A stretch of 64,000 nucleotides of DNA from Gemmatimonadales bacterium (GCA_041577295.1 JBFGJG010000002.1:96001-160000), one strand, 5' to 3'. Positions 10,721-20,377 are shown, counted from the stretch's first letter. Notes: generated by a model not told the origin, from the sequence alone. Made by a program: numbers and translations.

Positions 10721-11647
10721 ATGTCCGGAACCGAATGGAAGCCGGTTGTTGTTGGAGTCGACGTGTCTCCCGAAAGTGCGGGGGCAGCGGCGCTGGGGTG
10801 CAAAATCGCGGCGGCCGCGGGGACGACGTGTCATTTGGTTCACGGAACGCGGGCGGTCACCGCCATTCCTGTATCTCCTCCGCCGCTACCGGTCGATCCC
10901 GTTGCACTGACCAAACAGTTGACAGAGGCGGCCGGGCGAAAGGTCAAACAAGCGCTCGGGGGACATGCGCCGGCAGCGGCTCTCGAGAGTCTAGAGGTGC
11001 GACTCGGCAACGGGGCTTGGGCCCTGCGGCATTCGATTGAGGATCACGACGCCGGGCTCGTGGTCCTGGGCGGCAAGCACCACGCACCCCCCGCACGATG
11101 GCTGGGTGGCAGTACCGCCCATCACGCGGTCCGGATGATCGACATTCCGCTTTTGATTAGTTGGTCTCCCCGGCAGACCATACGGCGGGTATTGGTGGCG
11201 GTAGATCTTTCCTATGCCGCGGCGCCGACCTTGGAGACGGCAGTGCGCTACGCAGCGCTGTTTGACGCTGAGTTGCGCGCGCTCCATGTCGTAGAGGATC
11301 TCCCGTTCAGCGACGAGCTGCGGTTACCATTAGACCATGACGCGTACCATGAGTTGTCGGCTGAACACTTCGACCGTATCATGGACGCACAATCACCCTC
11401 GCAGCGTACAGAGCGGGTCGTACGACCGGGCGAACCCGCTCGAGTGATCGCCGAGGAGAGCGCTCTCTACGATGCCGACCTGGTCGTGGTTGGCTCACAT
11501 GGGAAGGGGTGGGTAGACCGACTCATGATCGGCAGCACGACCGAGCGGCTGCTCAATCACCTCCCGACGTCGCTGTTGGTGGTCCAGGTCCGGGCCACAG
11601 AAGGCGATACCACTGCGTTGACGCTCGAGGCCGCTGCAAGCGCTTGA
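10721..11647 (+). CDS. Universal stress protein (tandem USP domains)
   Basis: VVVGVDVS, LVAVDLS and GSHGKG...IGSTTERL motifs. ATG follows GGAGG. Confidence 0.93.
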   Translation: MSGTEWKPVVVGVDVSPESAGAAALGCKIAAAAGTTCHLVHGTRAVTAIPVSPPPLPVDPVALTKQLTEAAGRKVKQALGGHAPAAALESLEVRLGNGAWALRHSIEDHDAGLVVLGGKHHAPPARWLGGSTAHHAVRMIDIPLLISWSPRQTIRRVLVAVDLSYAAAPTLETAVRYAALFDAELRALHVVEDLPFSDELRLPLDHDAYHELSAEHFDRIMDAQSPSQRTERVVRPGEPARVIAEESALYDADLVVVGSHGKGWVDRLMIGSTTERLLNHLPTSLLVVQVRATEGDTTALTLEAAASA

Positions 11648-11680
11648 TTCCATCGGGCAACAACCCAAACCGAGGTCCGT

Positions 11681-12082
11681 ATGAAAGTCGCCGAATTGAT
11701 GCAAACCGATCTCAAGACCGCCTCCGATGACACCCTGGTGGGCGAGGCGGTGATCACGCTGTCGGACGCGCATGTGTCCGCACTGCCGGTCATCGATCGA
11801 CGACAACGCTTAGTCGGCGTCCTTTCTACGACCGATATCCTGCAAGCCGAAGCGGAGTGTGCCACACCCGAGGAGCGCGAGCGTCTGTTCCAAGAGACGA
11901 CGGTCCGGGACATAATGACGCCCAAGCCTCAGACGGTGGAACCGGACGACGACGTCAAAGAAGTCGCACAACGCATGTTGTATCTCGAGGTCCACCGCCT
12001 CTTCGTGGTGTACGATGACGAGCTGGTGGGTGTCATCTCGCAGAGTGACATCGTCCGGGCAGTTGCCACGGCGAAGATCTGA
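11681..12082 (+). CDS. CBS-pair protein (Hrp1/Rv2626c-like)
   Basis: Two CBS repeats (LPVID...LVGVLSTTDI; LFVV...LVGVISQSDI). Confidence 0.9.
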   Translation: MKVAELMQTDLKTASDDTLVGEAVITLSDAHVSALPVIDRRQRLVGVLSTTDILQAEAECATPEERERLFQETTVRDIMTPKPQTVEPDDDVKEVAQRMLYLEVHRLFVVYDDELVGVISQSDIVRAVATAKI

Positions 12083-12123
12083 TTGTCTATTAGTCCGATC
12101 AGGTTCCGACAAACGGAACGCCC

Positions 12124-12264
12124 ATGACGGATCCACAACGTGACACTGGGGGACACCCGAGAGGCACGCTGGCAATCATCGCGTTGTACGGCGCGATCTT
12201 CGTGCTCGGGTGGCTCGGCTTCTTCTTCTTCGTGTTCTTGCCGCGCGGCGCCGTGACGCCGTAG
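12124..12264 (+). CDS. cbaD: ba3-type cytochrome oxidase subunit IIa
   Basis: 46-aa single-TM ORF not in the track (MTDPQRDTGGHPRGTLAIIALYGAIFVLGWLGFFFFVFLPRGAVTP), immediately upstream of subunit II. Has the P-x-G-T/A-L...W...F...RG pattern typical of subunit IIa. Confidence 0.8.
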   Translation: MTDPQRDTGGHPRGTLAIIALYGAIFVLGWLGFFFFVFLPRGAVTP

Positions 12265-12271
12265 ACAACGA

Positions 12272-12748
12272 ATGCACGTCGATCTCTACGAGAAGATTTG
12301 GATGTGGGCCGCTGGCGTCATCATCGCCGTTTTCCTCGGCGCCATCGTGTTTTCCACGGTCTCCCAAGGTCGGATCCCGCCCAGCCATGTCGAGACCATC
12401 GACCCACAGGCCGTGTGGACAGACGAGCGGTTTGTTGACCGGTCCGTTCGCACGCTCGCAGACGGAAGCGTGGAGGTCCGGATCATTGCGCTGATGTTCG
12501 CGTTTCAGCCGAGCGAGATCCGAGTTCCGGCCGGTCGTAAGGTCACCTTCCGCATCACCTCCAGCGATGTCGTGCATGGTTTTCAGATTGTTGGCACGAA
12601 CGGGAATACCATGGTCGTCCCTGGATACGTCAGCCAGTTCTCGACAACGTTCGATTCGCCTGGAGAGTATTTGATCGTTTGCAATGAGTACTGCGGGCTC
12701 GGCCACCACGGCATGTTTGGAAAGCTCATTGTCGAGGGGACGCCTTGA
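12272..12748 (+). CDS. cbaB: ba3-type cytochrome c oxidase subunit II (CuA)
   Basis: Single TM, DVVHGF and CNEYCGLGHHGM CuA motifs. Confidence 0.93.
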   Translation: MHVDLYEKIWMWAAGVIIAVFLGAIVFSTVSQGRIPPSHVETIDPQAVWTDERFVDRSVRTLADGSVEVRIIALMFAFQPSEIRVPAGRKVTFRITSSDVVHGFQIVGTNGNTMVVPGYVSQFSTTFDSPGEYLIVCNEYCGLGHHGMFGKLIVEGTP

Positions 12749-14367
12749 TCTATAACCGCCCGCTCGCCACCGCGAATATCGGTGTGGGGATCGCTGCGTT
12801 TGGCGTTGCCACGTTCATGGCATTCATGCAGGCTTTGTCGCGCGCCAACCTGGATCTGCCCTGGCGTACCGCAAAGATGTACTACCTATCCGTCACCGGG
12901 CACGGCGTGCTGATGGCCCTGGTGTTCACCACGTTTTTTATCATGGGCTTGGGCGTGGCGTTCACCACGCGTGCGTTGGGGCGGCCGCTCCGGTTCCCCC
13001 GTGTGGGTTGGATTTCCTTTTGGGTTGCGTTGATCGGCTCGCTCGGCGCGTTATGGGCGGTTTTTGCGGGCAAGGCGACAGTTCTCTACACGTTTTACCC
13101 TCCGCTGCAGGCGCATCCCGCCTTCTACCTCGGACTGACGCTGCTCGTCGTGGGCTCGTGGATTTGGAGCGTGGTCATCCTCGCGACGTATGGGGCGTGG
13201 CGACGAGACAATCCGGAAACCCCGGTCCCGTTGGCCGTGCATGGAATCCTCGCAACCATTGTCGTCTGGCTCATCGCCACCGTCGGTGTCGCCGCCGAGA
13301 TGCTACTCCAGTTGATCCCGTGGTCGCTCGGTCTCACCGACACGGTGGACCCGATGCTGGCACGTACCCTTTTCTGGTACTTCGGCCACCCGCTCGTCTA
13401 CTTCTGGCTGATTCCCGCCTACGTCGTGTGGTACACCATTCTTCCGAAAGTCGCCGGCGGACGACTGTTCAGCGATCCGCTCGCTCGGATGGTCTTTGTG
13501 CTGTTTATCGTGCTCTCGACCCCGGTAGGGTTCCATCACCAGTTCATGGATCCGGGAGTCACCTCCGGCTGGAAGATGCTGCACACGTTCAACACGTTTG
13601 GGATTCTCTTTCCGAGTTTTGTGACCGCGTTCACCGTCGTAGCGTCACTGGAAGTGGCGGGTCGGCTTCGCGGCGCAGACGGCTGGTTCAATTGGCTCGG
13701 GAAGCTGCCCTGGGGGGACCCGCTGGTCTCGAGCGTCTTGCTGAGCATGTTGCTGTTCGCGATCGGTGGACTCGGAGGCGCCATCAACGCGGCCTATGGA
13801 ATGAATGCCGTTGTACACAACACGGCGTGGATTCAGGGTCACTTTCATTTGACCGTCGGAACGGCGACCGCGCTCACATTCATGGGTGTGGCGTATTGGC
13901 TCGTGCCGCAACTCGTAGGCCGAGATCTGGAGCTGGGTTTGCTGGCAAAGGTGCAACCCTACCTCTGGTTTTTCGGGATGTTCCTGTTCTCCCTTGCGAA
14001 TCACGCAACCGGCCTCATGGGGATGCCACGACGTGTCTACGACGCGAGCTACGGTGGGAGTCCCGTGGCCGCGGAGTGGTCTGGACTCACACTCGTGTCG
14101 GCGGTTGGCGGGATTCTCTTGTTTGTGAGCGCTGCGTTCTTCCTTCTGGTGATGTTGGGCACGGTGCTGGCTGGCAGGCGCAACCCGCAGCCTGAACTCG
14201 AGTTCGCACAACCTCTCCAAGGTCACCCATCAAAGCGTGGCATTTGGGATCGTTTTGGTCTGTGGATCGGGATCGCTATCGTGCTCGTGGTCATCGCCTA
14301 CGCATATCCAATCATCCAACACCTCCAGCTCGAACGCTTCGGCTCTCCCGGCTATCGGCTGTTCTGA
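12745..14367 (+). CDS. cbaA: ba3-type (B-family) heme-copper oxygen reductase subunit I
   Basis: GHGVLMA heme ligand, FWYFGHPLVYFW (His-Tyr crosslink), GFHHQF, GHFHL and MPRR motifs. Confidence 0.93.
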   Translation: MIYNRPLATANIGVGIAAFGVATFMAFMQALSRANLDLPWRTAKMYYLSVTGHGVLMALVFTTFFIMGLGVAFTTRALGRPLRFPRVGWISFWVALIGSLGALWAVFAGKATVLYTFYPPLQAHPAFYLGLTLLVVGSWIWSVVILATYGAWRRDNPETPVPLAVHGILATIVVWLIATVGVAAEMLLQLIPWSLGLTDTVDPMLARTLFWYFGHPLVYFWLIPAYVVWYTILPKVAGGRLFSDPLARMVFVLFIVLSTPVGFHHQFMDPGVTSGWKMLHTFNTFGILFPSFVTAFTVVASLEVAGRLRGADGWFNWLGKLPWGDPLVSSVLLSMLLFAIGGLGGAINAAYGMNAVVHNTAWIQGHFHLTVGTATALTFMGVAYWLVPQLVGRDLELGLLAKVQPYLWFFGMFLFSLANHATGLMGMPRRVYDASYGGSPVAAEWSGLTLVSAVGGILLFVSAAFFLLVMLGTVLAGRRNPQPELEFAQPLQGHPSKRGIWDRFGLWIGIAIVLVVIAYAYPIIQHLQLERFGSPGYRLF

Positions 14368-14389
14368 GCTCCCTCTATCCCCTCTATCA

Positions 14390-15121
14390 TCACAGATACC
14401 TCTGAAACAACACCATCCCCACCATTGAGAGGCTCACCAGCAACGCAACCGTCCGGCCACGTGCCCGCTGGAAGGCCTCTGGCAGCAGTTCGACGAGCAC
14501 CATGAACACCATGGCACCCGCCGCGAAGCCAATGCCGTACGGAAGCGCCTCGCTGAATGCCTCGACAAACAAGAACGCCGGTACAGCCATGACCGGTTGC
14601 GGCAACGACGAGACGACGCTCCACCACGCGCAACCCACGACCGATGTGCCACGCGGTCTCAGCACCGCGCTGATCGCGAGCCCCTCAGGGATGTTGTGTA
14701 CGGCAATCGCGGCTGTGATCAGCACGGCGAGCGTCACCCCGCCGCCAAAGGCCACACCGATCGCAACGCCTTCCGCAAACGAGTGAGCGGTCATGACCAC
14801 GACCATCAGGGCCATCTGCCGGGCTCCAGCACCCCTCGCCCGACCGAATTGCACGTCGGCGTTTCGCAGCAGGTGCTGCGTGACCAGGATGAAGGAAACA
14901 CCTGCCATGGCTCCAATGACCGTTTGCACGCCCCCGTACGTCGTCCCCTGAGCGACGAGTCCATAGCTCGCGCCAAGCATGAGTCCGGAGGCGATTGCGT
15001 TGGACGATGCGACGATGCGGCCCGATACCACTCGCACCAACGCAAAGGGAAGCGCACCGAGTCCGGTGGCCAAGGCGGTCGCGAGTCCATAGAGGAACAC
15101 CACCAAGACAGACGCGCTCAC
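14390..15121 (-). CDS. ZIP family divalent metal transporter (ZupT/GufA-like)
   Basis: ATGLGALP, ASGLML, HSFAEG, HNIPEG, FAAGAM and ELLPE motifs. Confidence 0.9.
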   Translation of the reverse strand: MSASVLVVFLYGLATALATGLGALPFALVRVVSGRIVASSNAIASGLMLGASYGLVAQGTTYGGVQTVIGAMAGVSFILVTQHLLRNADVQFGRARGAGARQMALMVVVMTAHSFAEGVAIGVAFGGGVTLAVLITAAIAVHNIPEGLAISAVLRPRGTSVVGCAWWSVVSSLPQPVMAVPAFLFVEAFSEALPYGIGFAAGAMVFMVLVELLPEAFQRARGRTVALLVSLSMVGMVLFQRYL

Positions 15122-15840
15122 CAGCGGAGCCCACCCAAGAGAACGATGATTCCCAGACTCACGACCGTCACGAGGCCGATCGTGGTAGGCCCCGCATGAC
15201 GGTAGGACTCGGGGAGCAAATCTGCCATGACGAGGTACACGAGGGTTCCCACCGCGAACCCCACCGCAAATGGTAGGATGCTTGGCGCAGCCTGGACGAC
15301 GACAAAAACAAACACTGACAGGAAGACCTGACTGAGATCGGTAACGACTGCGATGCCAGCCGCCTCGGGTCGTGAGTGGCCTCGCCCCGTGAAAACCGCG
15401 CCGAGCACAGCTGCTTCGGGGATGTTGTGGACCCCGATCGCAAGTGCCACAAAGATGCCAAAGGACAAGTCGAGTGCCATGGCGACGCCGATTGCCACGC
15501 CCTCCGCGGCCGAGTGCAACGTGTTTCTCAGGAAAACCTGGTATCCGTAGGCTGGGCTACTCTCGGCGCGGTCTCCCTCCGCTGCCTCCCAGACAAGCTG
15601 AGTGAGAAACACGAATCCCACTCCCAAGGCAGCACCCACCGCACCGCTCAATGGTTCACGATCGGCGCCGACATCCATCAAGGCATAGCCGGCACCGAGC
15701 ATGAGACCGGCAGCGAGTGCGTTGGCCCAACCCAACCACCGGGGCTGGCTTCGCCCGGGACTGAGCAATGGGAGCGCGCCCAACCCACCCATTCCGGCGG
15801 CGATGGTGGAGTAGGCGAGTACCGTGAGCGCTGGGTCCAC
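15118..15840 (-). CDS. ZIP family divalent metal transporter, second paralogue
   Basis: AAGLML, HSAAEG, HNIPEA and DLLPE motifs. Overlaps the first ZIP gene by 4 nt. Confidence 0.88.
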   Translation of the reverse strand: MDPALTVLAYSTIAAGMGGLGALPLLSPGRSQPRWLGWANALAAGLMLGAGYALMDVGADREPLSGAVGAALGVGFVFLTQLVWEAAEGDRAESSPAYGYQVFLRNTLHSAAEGVAIGVAMALDLSFGIFVALAIGVHNIPEAAVLGAVFTGRGHSRPEAAGIAVVTDLSQVFLSVFVFVVVQAAPSILPFAVGFAVGTLVYLVMADLLPESYRHAGPTTIGLVTVVSLGIIVLLGGLRW

Positions 15841-16012
15841 GGCGGGAGCTTAGCCTGCCCGCCCCGGGAAGTCACGTCACCGGCCGCGTCTGGCACTGCG
15901 AATCATCGGGAGGTAGCTTCATTAAAGAGCCGCCGCTACGCGGCCCGGAGCGGATTTCGGTTGTTTCGAGCAACAGACTCGGCCCCGGTCCGAACGCCCT
16001 CGGAGTATCTGC

Positions 16013-17422
16013 ATGTCAGACATGCGTAAGACGAAGGCCGAGCTCCATGACGAGCTCGCCGCCCTCCGGAAGAGGATACGCGATCTCGAGTCGGACGCCG
16101 GGCACCAGGGTGGACGTTCATTGCAGACTTCTCGAGACGAGGATGCAACGAATACCGCCCGCCTTCGCTTGCTCGAAGACGCAGCCCAGGTTGCGCAAAC
16201 GGCTCGCGACACGCTATGGCGTCGAGTCGAAAGCTTGTGCAGTGCCGCAATTGGTATCACGGCGCAACACGACCTGGCACGGGTACTTCAGGAGGTCGCT
16301 GATTCCGCGCGCGAGGTGATTGGGGCACGCTACGCGGCTCTGGGGGTGCTCGATGCCGCGGGACTGGAGCTCGACCCGTTCATCGTCAGCGGTGTGACTG
16401 AAGAGGAATACCGGCAAATCGGTGACCCACCCAAGGGTAAAGGAATCCTCGGGGTCCTCATCGACGACCCGCGGCCGCTTCGCCTCAAGAACATCAGGCA
16501 ACACGCCAAGTCCTACGGCTTTCCGTCCAACCATCCGTCGATGCACTCCTTCCTGGGTGTGCCGATCTTCGGTCGCACCAAGCCTATCGGCAATTTGTAC
16601 CTCACCGAAAAGATCGGCGCGGAGGAATTCTCGCGCGAAGACGAGGCGTTAGCCGTCATGTTGGCCGCTCACGCAGCCGTCGCCGTGGAGAACGCCCGTC
16701 TCTACGAAGAGCGCGAGGCCCTACTCGAGGAGCTGCGCGGACTTCAAACGTCACGTGATCGTTTCTTTGCGATGATAAACCACGAGCTTCGCAACGCGAT
16801 CACTGCGGTGCACGGGTGGACCGAGCTTTGGTTGCGGAAAGCGGGAAGCAATCCACCGCGGGCTGCCCGCGAGGTCAGCGAATCGGCCGAGCGCGCAGTG
16901 ACGCTTCTCGAAGACATGCTCGATCTCAGCCGGCTCGATGCGTCAAAGCTCGAGCCAAGAGTCGAAGAGGCGGACGCCGCCGAGGTCGTGCGGGAAGCAG
17001 TGGCTGCGCTCGAGCCCGTAGCCGAGCGGCGCCGGGTGGTCATCGAGACCGCTGGCATCAACGGTGTTTTGCCGTGCCGCACCGATCCGCTACGCATCCG
17101 ACAGATTCTGATCAACCTCCTCAGCAACGCGGTGCGTCACAGCCCCGAGGGCGAGCAAGTCACCCTGCGGGTGTTGGGTGACGACCGCTCGATGCGGTTC
17201 GAGGTGATCGACCGGGGAGACGGGATTCCCCAGGAGCAGCAAGGGCGAATCTTCGAGGCGTTCGAGCGCGCTGGCACAGATTCCGAACGCGGCACCGGCC
17301 TTGGGCTTACGCTGTCCAAGAAGCTCGCCCAGTTGCTGGGCGGTGATCTGTCGGTCACGAGCCAGCCGGGCGCGGGCGCTCGGTTCACGCTCGAAGTGCA
17401 ACGCTACTTGACCCGATCATGA
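16013..17422 (+). CDS. Cytoplasmic GAF sensor histidine kinase with DosS/DosT-like heme-GAF domain
   Basis: PKGKGILGVLIDDPRPLRL...SYGFPSNHPSMHSFLGVP...GNLYLTEK closely resembles DosS/DosT GAF-A. Class I kinase core: INHELRN, NLLSNAV, DRGDGI, GTGLGL. Confidence 0.85.
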   Translation: MSDMRKTKAELHDELAALRKRIRDLESDAGHQGGRSLQTSRDEDATNTARLRLLEDAAQVAQTARDTLWRRVESLCSAAIGITAQHDLARVLQEVADSAREVIGARYAALGVLDAAGLELDPFIVSGVTEEEYRQIGDPPKGKGILGVLIDDPRPLRLKNIRQHAKSYGFPSNHPSMHSFLGVPIFGRTKPIGNLYLTEKIGAEEFSREDEALAVMLAAHAAVAVENARLYEEREALLEELRGLQTSRDRFFAMINHELRNAITAVHGWTELWLRKAGSNPPRAAREVSESAERAVTLLEDMLDLSRLDASKLEPRVEEADAAEVVREAVAALEPVAERRRVVIETAGINGVLPCRTDPLRIRQILINLLSNAVRHSPEGEQVTLRVLGDDRSMRFEVIDRGDGIPQEQQGRIFEAFERAGTDSERGTGLGLTLSKKLAQLLGGDLSVTSQPGAGARFTLEVQRYLTRS

Positions 17423-17473
17423 GGATTCGTTCACAGTCGCTTCAGCCACCCATAAACGGACCCCGAATAGTCT
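17419..17473 (+). promoter_or_regulatory. Putative autoregulatory direct-repeat site and -10 element of the OmpR-family regulator
   Basis: ATGAG/TTCAC/TTCAG/ATAAA at 17419/17430/17441/17452 (11-nt period). TAGTCT at 17468, 7 nt before the ATG. Confidence 0.6.
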
Positions 17474-17480
17474 TCACACT

Positions 17481-18167
17481 ATGAGAATTCTAGTGGTGGA
17501 AGACGACCGTAAGGTCGCTGGTTTCATTGAGATGGGCCTCCGTGAGGAGGGGTACGCCGTCGATGTCGCAAAGGATGGGGAGGAGGCAGCAACCCTCGCC
17601 CATGTCAATGACTACGACGCAATCCTACTCGACCTGATGCTCCCCAAGAAGAACGGGCTTCAAGTCGCCTCCGAACTGCGTCGGGAGGGCCGACGGACCC
17701 CGATCCTCATGCTGACGGCCAGGGATGCCACGGAAGACGTGGTGCGGGGGTTGGATGCGGGCGCGGACGATTACTTGACCAAGCCGTTCAAGTTCGATGA
17801 GCTGCTGGCAAGAGTCCGTGCGCTGGTACGCCGTGGCGGGGCGGCTCGCCTCGAGCGCGTGAGCTATGGCCCGCTCGAGCTCGACCGTCTGAAGCACAAG
17901 GTCTTTGCCAATGGCCGCGGGCTTGAACTCACGCCGCGGGAGTTCCAGCTACTCGAACACTTCATGCTCCACCCGGAGATCGTCGTCCGGCGCACGGAGC
18001 TGCTCGAGAAGGTGTGGGACATGCACTTCGACCCCGAGAGCAACGTGGTTGACGTGCACATCGGCAACCTGCGACGTAAGCTGCGCGACGCCGGGCATGA
18101 TAGGCTGATCCACACGGTGCGTGGAGTAGGTTTTCAACTGAAGGTACAGGACACGAACGGAGGGTAA
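17481..18167 (+). CDS. OmpR-family response regulator (CusR/MprA-like)
   Basis: MRILVVEDD, GADDYLTKPF, SNVVDVHIGNLRRKL and IHTVRGVGF motifs. Confidence 0.95.
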   Translation: MRILVVEDDRKVAGFIEMGLREEGYAVDVAKDGEEAATLAHVNDYDAILLDLMLPKKNGLQVASELRREGRRTPILMLTARDATEDVVRGLDAGADDYLTKPFKFDELLARVRALVRRGGAARLERVSYGPLELDRLKHKVFANGRGLELTPREFQLLEHFMLHPEIVVRRTELLEKVWDMHFDPESNVVDVHIGNLRRKLRDAGHDRLIHTVRGVGFQLKVQDTNGG

Positions 18168-19549
18168 TGCGTTCCCTTCGCCGCACGCTTGCCGTGCGGT
18201 TCTGCATCACCGTTTTCTTTGCGCTCCTCCTCATCGCGCTGTGGGCCCATTTGGGTGCACGGCGTATTCTGTTGCGGGAGCTGGACCGGGGTCTTGCCGC
18301 TGCCTCGGAGCTCGAGGCAGACGTGCTGGCGGCCGGACACCAGATACCGCGACACGTAGAAAGCCCTGATTTGCCCGTGTTCGTTCGCACCGTGAACCGC
18401 TTCGTGGTGGTCCGGGCTCCGGACGGCACGATGCTGGCTTCCAACACCGCGCTCGCACACGATCTCCCGTTTGACGAGGAAGGTCTTCGCAGGGCACAAC
18501 AAGGTGAGCGCGTCTGGGTTAGCCAAACCTGGAACGGAATCAAGATCCGATCGATCTACGCCCCCAGGGGCCATGGTTCAGCGAGCGGCAGCATCATTCA
18601 GGTCTCGGCATCCCTAGCACCGATCCGCACCGCCAATCGCGAGATTCTCTTTCTCATGCTCGGCACCGTGTTGTTGGGTACCGTGGCGACGACCATTGGC
18701 GCCGCATGGCTCGCGGGGTCTGCGATGCTACCCGTATTCGAGATTGCTGAGCAAGCTGAGAACATCAAAGCGGGAACAGTGGGGCAGCGCATCACCGTCC
18801 ACGGGGACGTCGCGGAGTTACAGGGGCTGACGACCGTGCTCAACAGCATGCTCGCGCGCCTCGATCAGGTGGTCGCGTCGCAACGTCGCATGATCTCCGA
18901 CGCCGGTCACGACTTGCGCACGCCCATCACGGCCATGCGTGGAGAGATCGAGGTCGCCCTCCGCGGTGAGCGGACTCCGGCAACGTATAAGGAGATCCTC
19001 GCGAGTGTCATGGAGGAGGTGCAGCGCCTCGAATCGATAAGCGAATCGTTGGTTCTCCTGGCGAGAATAGACTCCGGTGCGCTGGCGCCTAATCGGATCG
19101 CGACCCCGCTCCAGCCGTTGCTGGAGCAAGCGGTACATCGGGCAGAGCCACGGGCAAACGGGCGGCGGATCTCACTGCGCGAGCAAGAGGGCGAGCCCAC
19201 AGCAGATGTGGACGAGCACATGTTCGCCTTGGTCCTCGACCACCTGTTGGACAACTCGCTGCGTCACACACCAGACGGGACCACGGTCAGCCTCGGGGCC
19301 TTCAAACGCAAGCACCACGTCGACATCACCATCGAAGATGACGGGCCCGGAATTCCGGAGGATCGCCTCCCCCATCTCTTCGAACGGTTCTATAGAGATG
19401 ATTCGGCTCGCACCCGCACCGCCGGTGCTGGCCTGGGGCTGTCGATCGCCTGGGCAATCGTACAGGCACATGACGGAACGATCGAGGCACGCTTGGGACA
19501 GCAGGGAGGTCTCCTGATCACCATATCCCTCCCACACCACGAGTCGTAG
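18167..19549 (+). CDS. Membrane-bound HAMP sensor histidine kinase (CusS-like architecture)
   Basis: Two TMs, HAMP, HDLRTP, DDGPGI, FERFYR and GAGLGL motifs. Translationally coupled to the regulator. Confidence 0.92.
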   Translation: MRSLRRTLAVRFCITVFFALLLIALWAHLGARRILLRELDRGLAAASELEADVLAAGHQIPRHVESPDLPVFVRTVNRFVVVRAPDGTMLASNTALAHDLPFDEEGLRRAQQGERVWVSQTWNGIKIRSIYAPRGHGSASGSIIQVSASLAPIRTANREILFLMLGTVLLGTVATTIGAAWLAGSAMLPVFEIAEQAENIKAGTVGQRITVHGDVAELQGLTTVLNSMLARLDQVVASQRRMISDAGHDLRTPITAMRGEIEVALRGERTPATYKEILASVMEEVQRLESISESLVLLARIDSGALAPNRIATPLQPLLEQAVHRAEPRANGRRISLREQEGEPTADVDEHMFALVLDHLLDNSLRHTPDGTTVSLGAFKRKHHVDITIEDDGPGIPEDRLPHLFERFYRDDSARTRTAGAGLGLSIAWAIVQAHDGTIEARLGQQGGLLITISLPHHES

Positions 19550-19651
19550 CCGCAGTCATTCTTCACCTCGCATTCCAGAATTGTTCACACCCCGCGGTGA
19601 TCTTGGTGAGACGCGACGATCGCCGAGGAAGTTTCGAAGCTAGGTGACGGA

Positions 19652-19858
19652 ATGCAGAAGAACGTCAGTCAGGTGGACGCCCTGATCCGCGGGATCAGTG
19701 GAGTGCTCCTCTTCGCTCTCGCGGCAGCTTTCAACGCCCGACCGCTTTTCTCTCTACTCCTGGCGTTGATCGCCTTGGTGCTGATCGGGACGGCCCTGAC
19801 ACACAACTGCCCCCTGTACAGTGTGCTCAGAACCGGGACCAGATCGGGAAAGCACTAG
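19652..19858 (+). CDS. DUF2892/YgaP-like small membrane protein
   Basis: KNV...D..IR...two TMs...CPLY pattern. Confidence 0.8.
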   Translation: MQKNVSQVDALIRGISGVLLFALAAAFNARPLFSLLLALIALVLIGTALTHNCPLYSVLRTGTRSGKH

Positions 19859-19978
19859 CAGCCAGCAAGTCTGGCGCTGGATGGCCATTCGTATCTAACT
19901 TGCGTGCCGCGTACCAAGGAACACCGTGAGCCGGCGTTCACCGGGACCGGCTCTCACCGCTCAGACAGGAGAAGGACG

Positions 19979-20377
19979 GTGAGGTATTTCGTCATCACAC
20001 TCAGCATGACGCTGGCTGCGAGCGTCGCGGCTTCCACACCTGCTGGCGCGCAGGAGACCGCCGGCAAGCTCCCAGCTGGGGTCACCCAGGAGATGATCTC
20101 GCAAGGCGCGTCGGTGTTCACCGGGGCAGGAATCTGTGCAGCTTGTCACGGACCTGAAGCTAAGGGAATTCCTAATCTCGGCGCCGACCTCACGGACGAT
20201 AAGTGGGTCCATAGCGACGGCAGTTACGAGGGGATCCTCGAGACTATCAAGAACGGTGTAGCACCTGCGAAGTCCACAACAGGTGCTGCCATGCCCCCCA
20301 AAGGCGGCAGCAACATCTCCGAGGAGCAAATGAAGTCCGTGGCAGCGTACGTTTGGCGTCTGTGGAATCGGAAATAG
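19979..20377 (+). CDS. Periplasmic monoheme cytochrome c
   Basis: Signal peptide, CAACH and MPPKGG. GTG start after AGGAGAAGG. Confidence 0.88.
   Translation: MRYFVITLSMTLAASVAASTPAGAQETAGKLPAGVTQEMISQGASVFTGAGICAACHGPEAKGIPNLGADLTDDKWVHSDGSYEGILETIKNGVAPAKSTTGAAMPPKGGSNISEEQMKSVAAYVWRLWNRK

Noticed and set aside
12745..14367. cbaA as a B-family-derived nitric oxide reductase, given its proximity to nos
   Set aside because: The crosslinking Tyr (HPLVY) and all His ligands of an O2 reductase are retained.
15891..15906. TGGCAC as a sigma54 promoter for the GAF kinase
   Set aside because: No GC at the -12 position.
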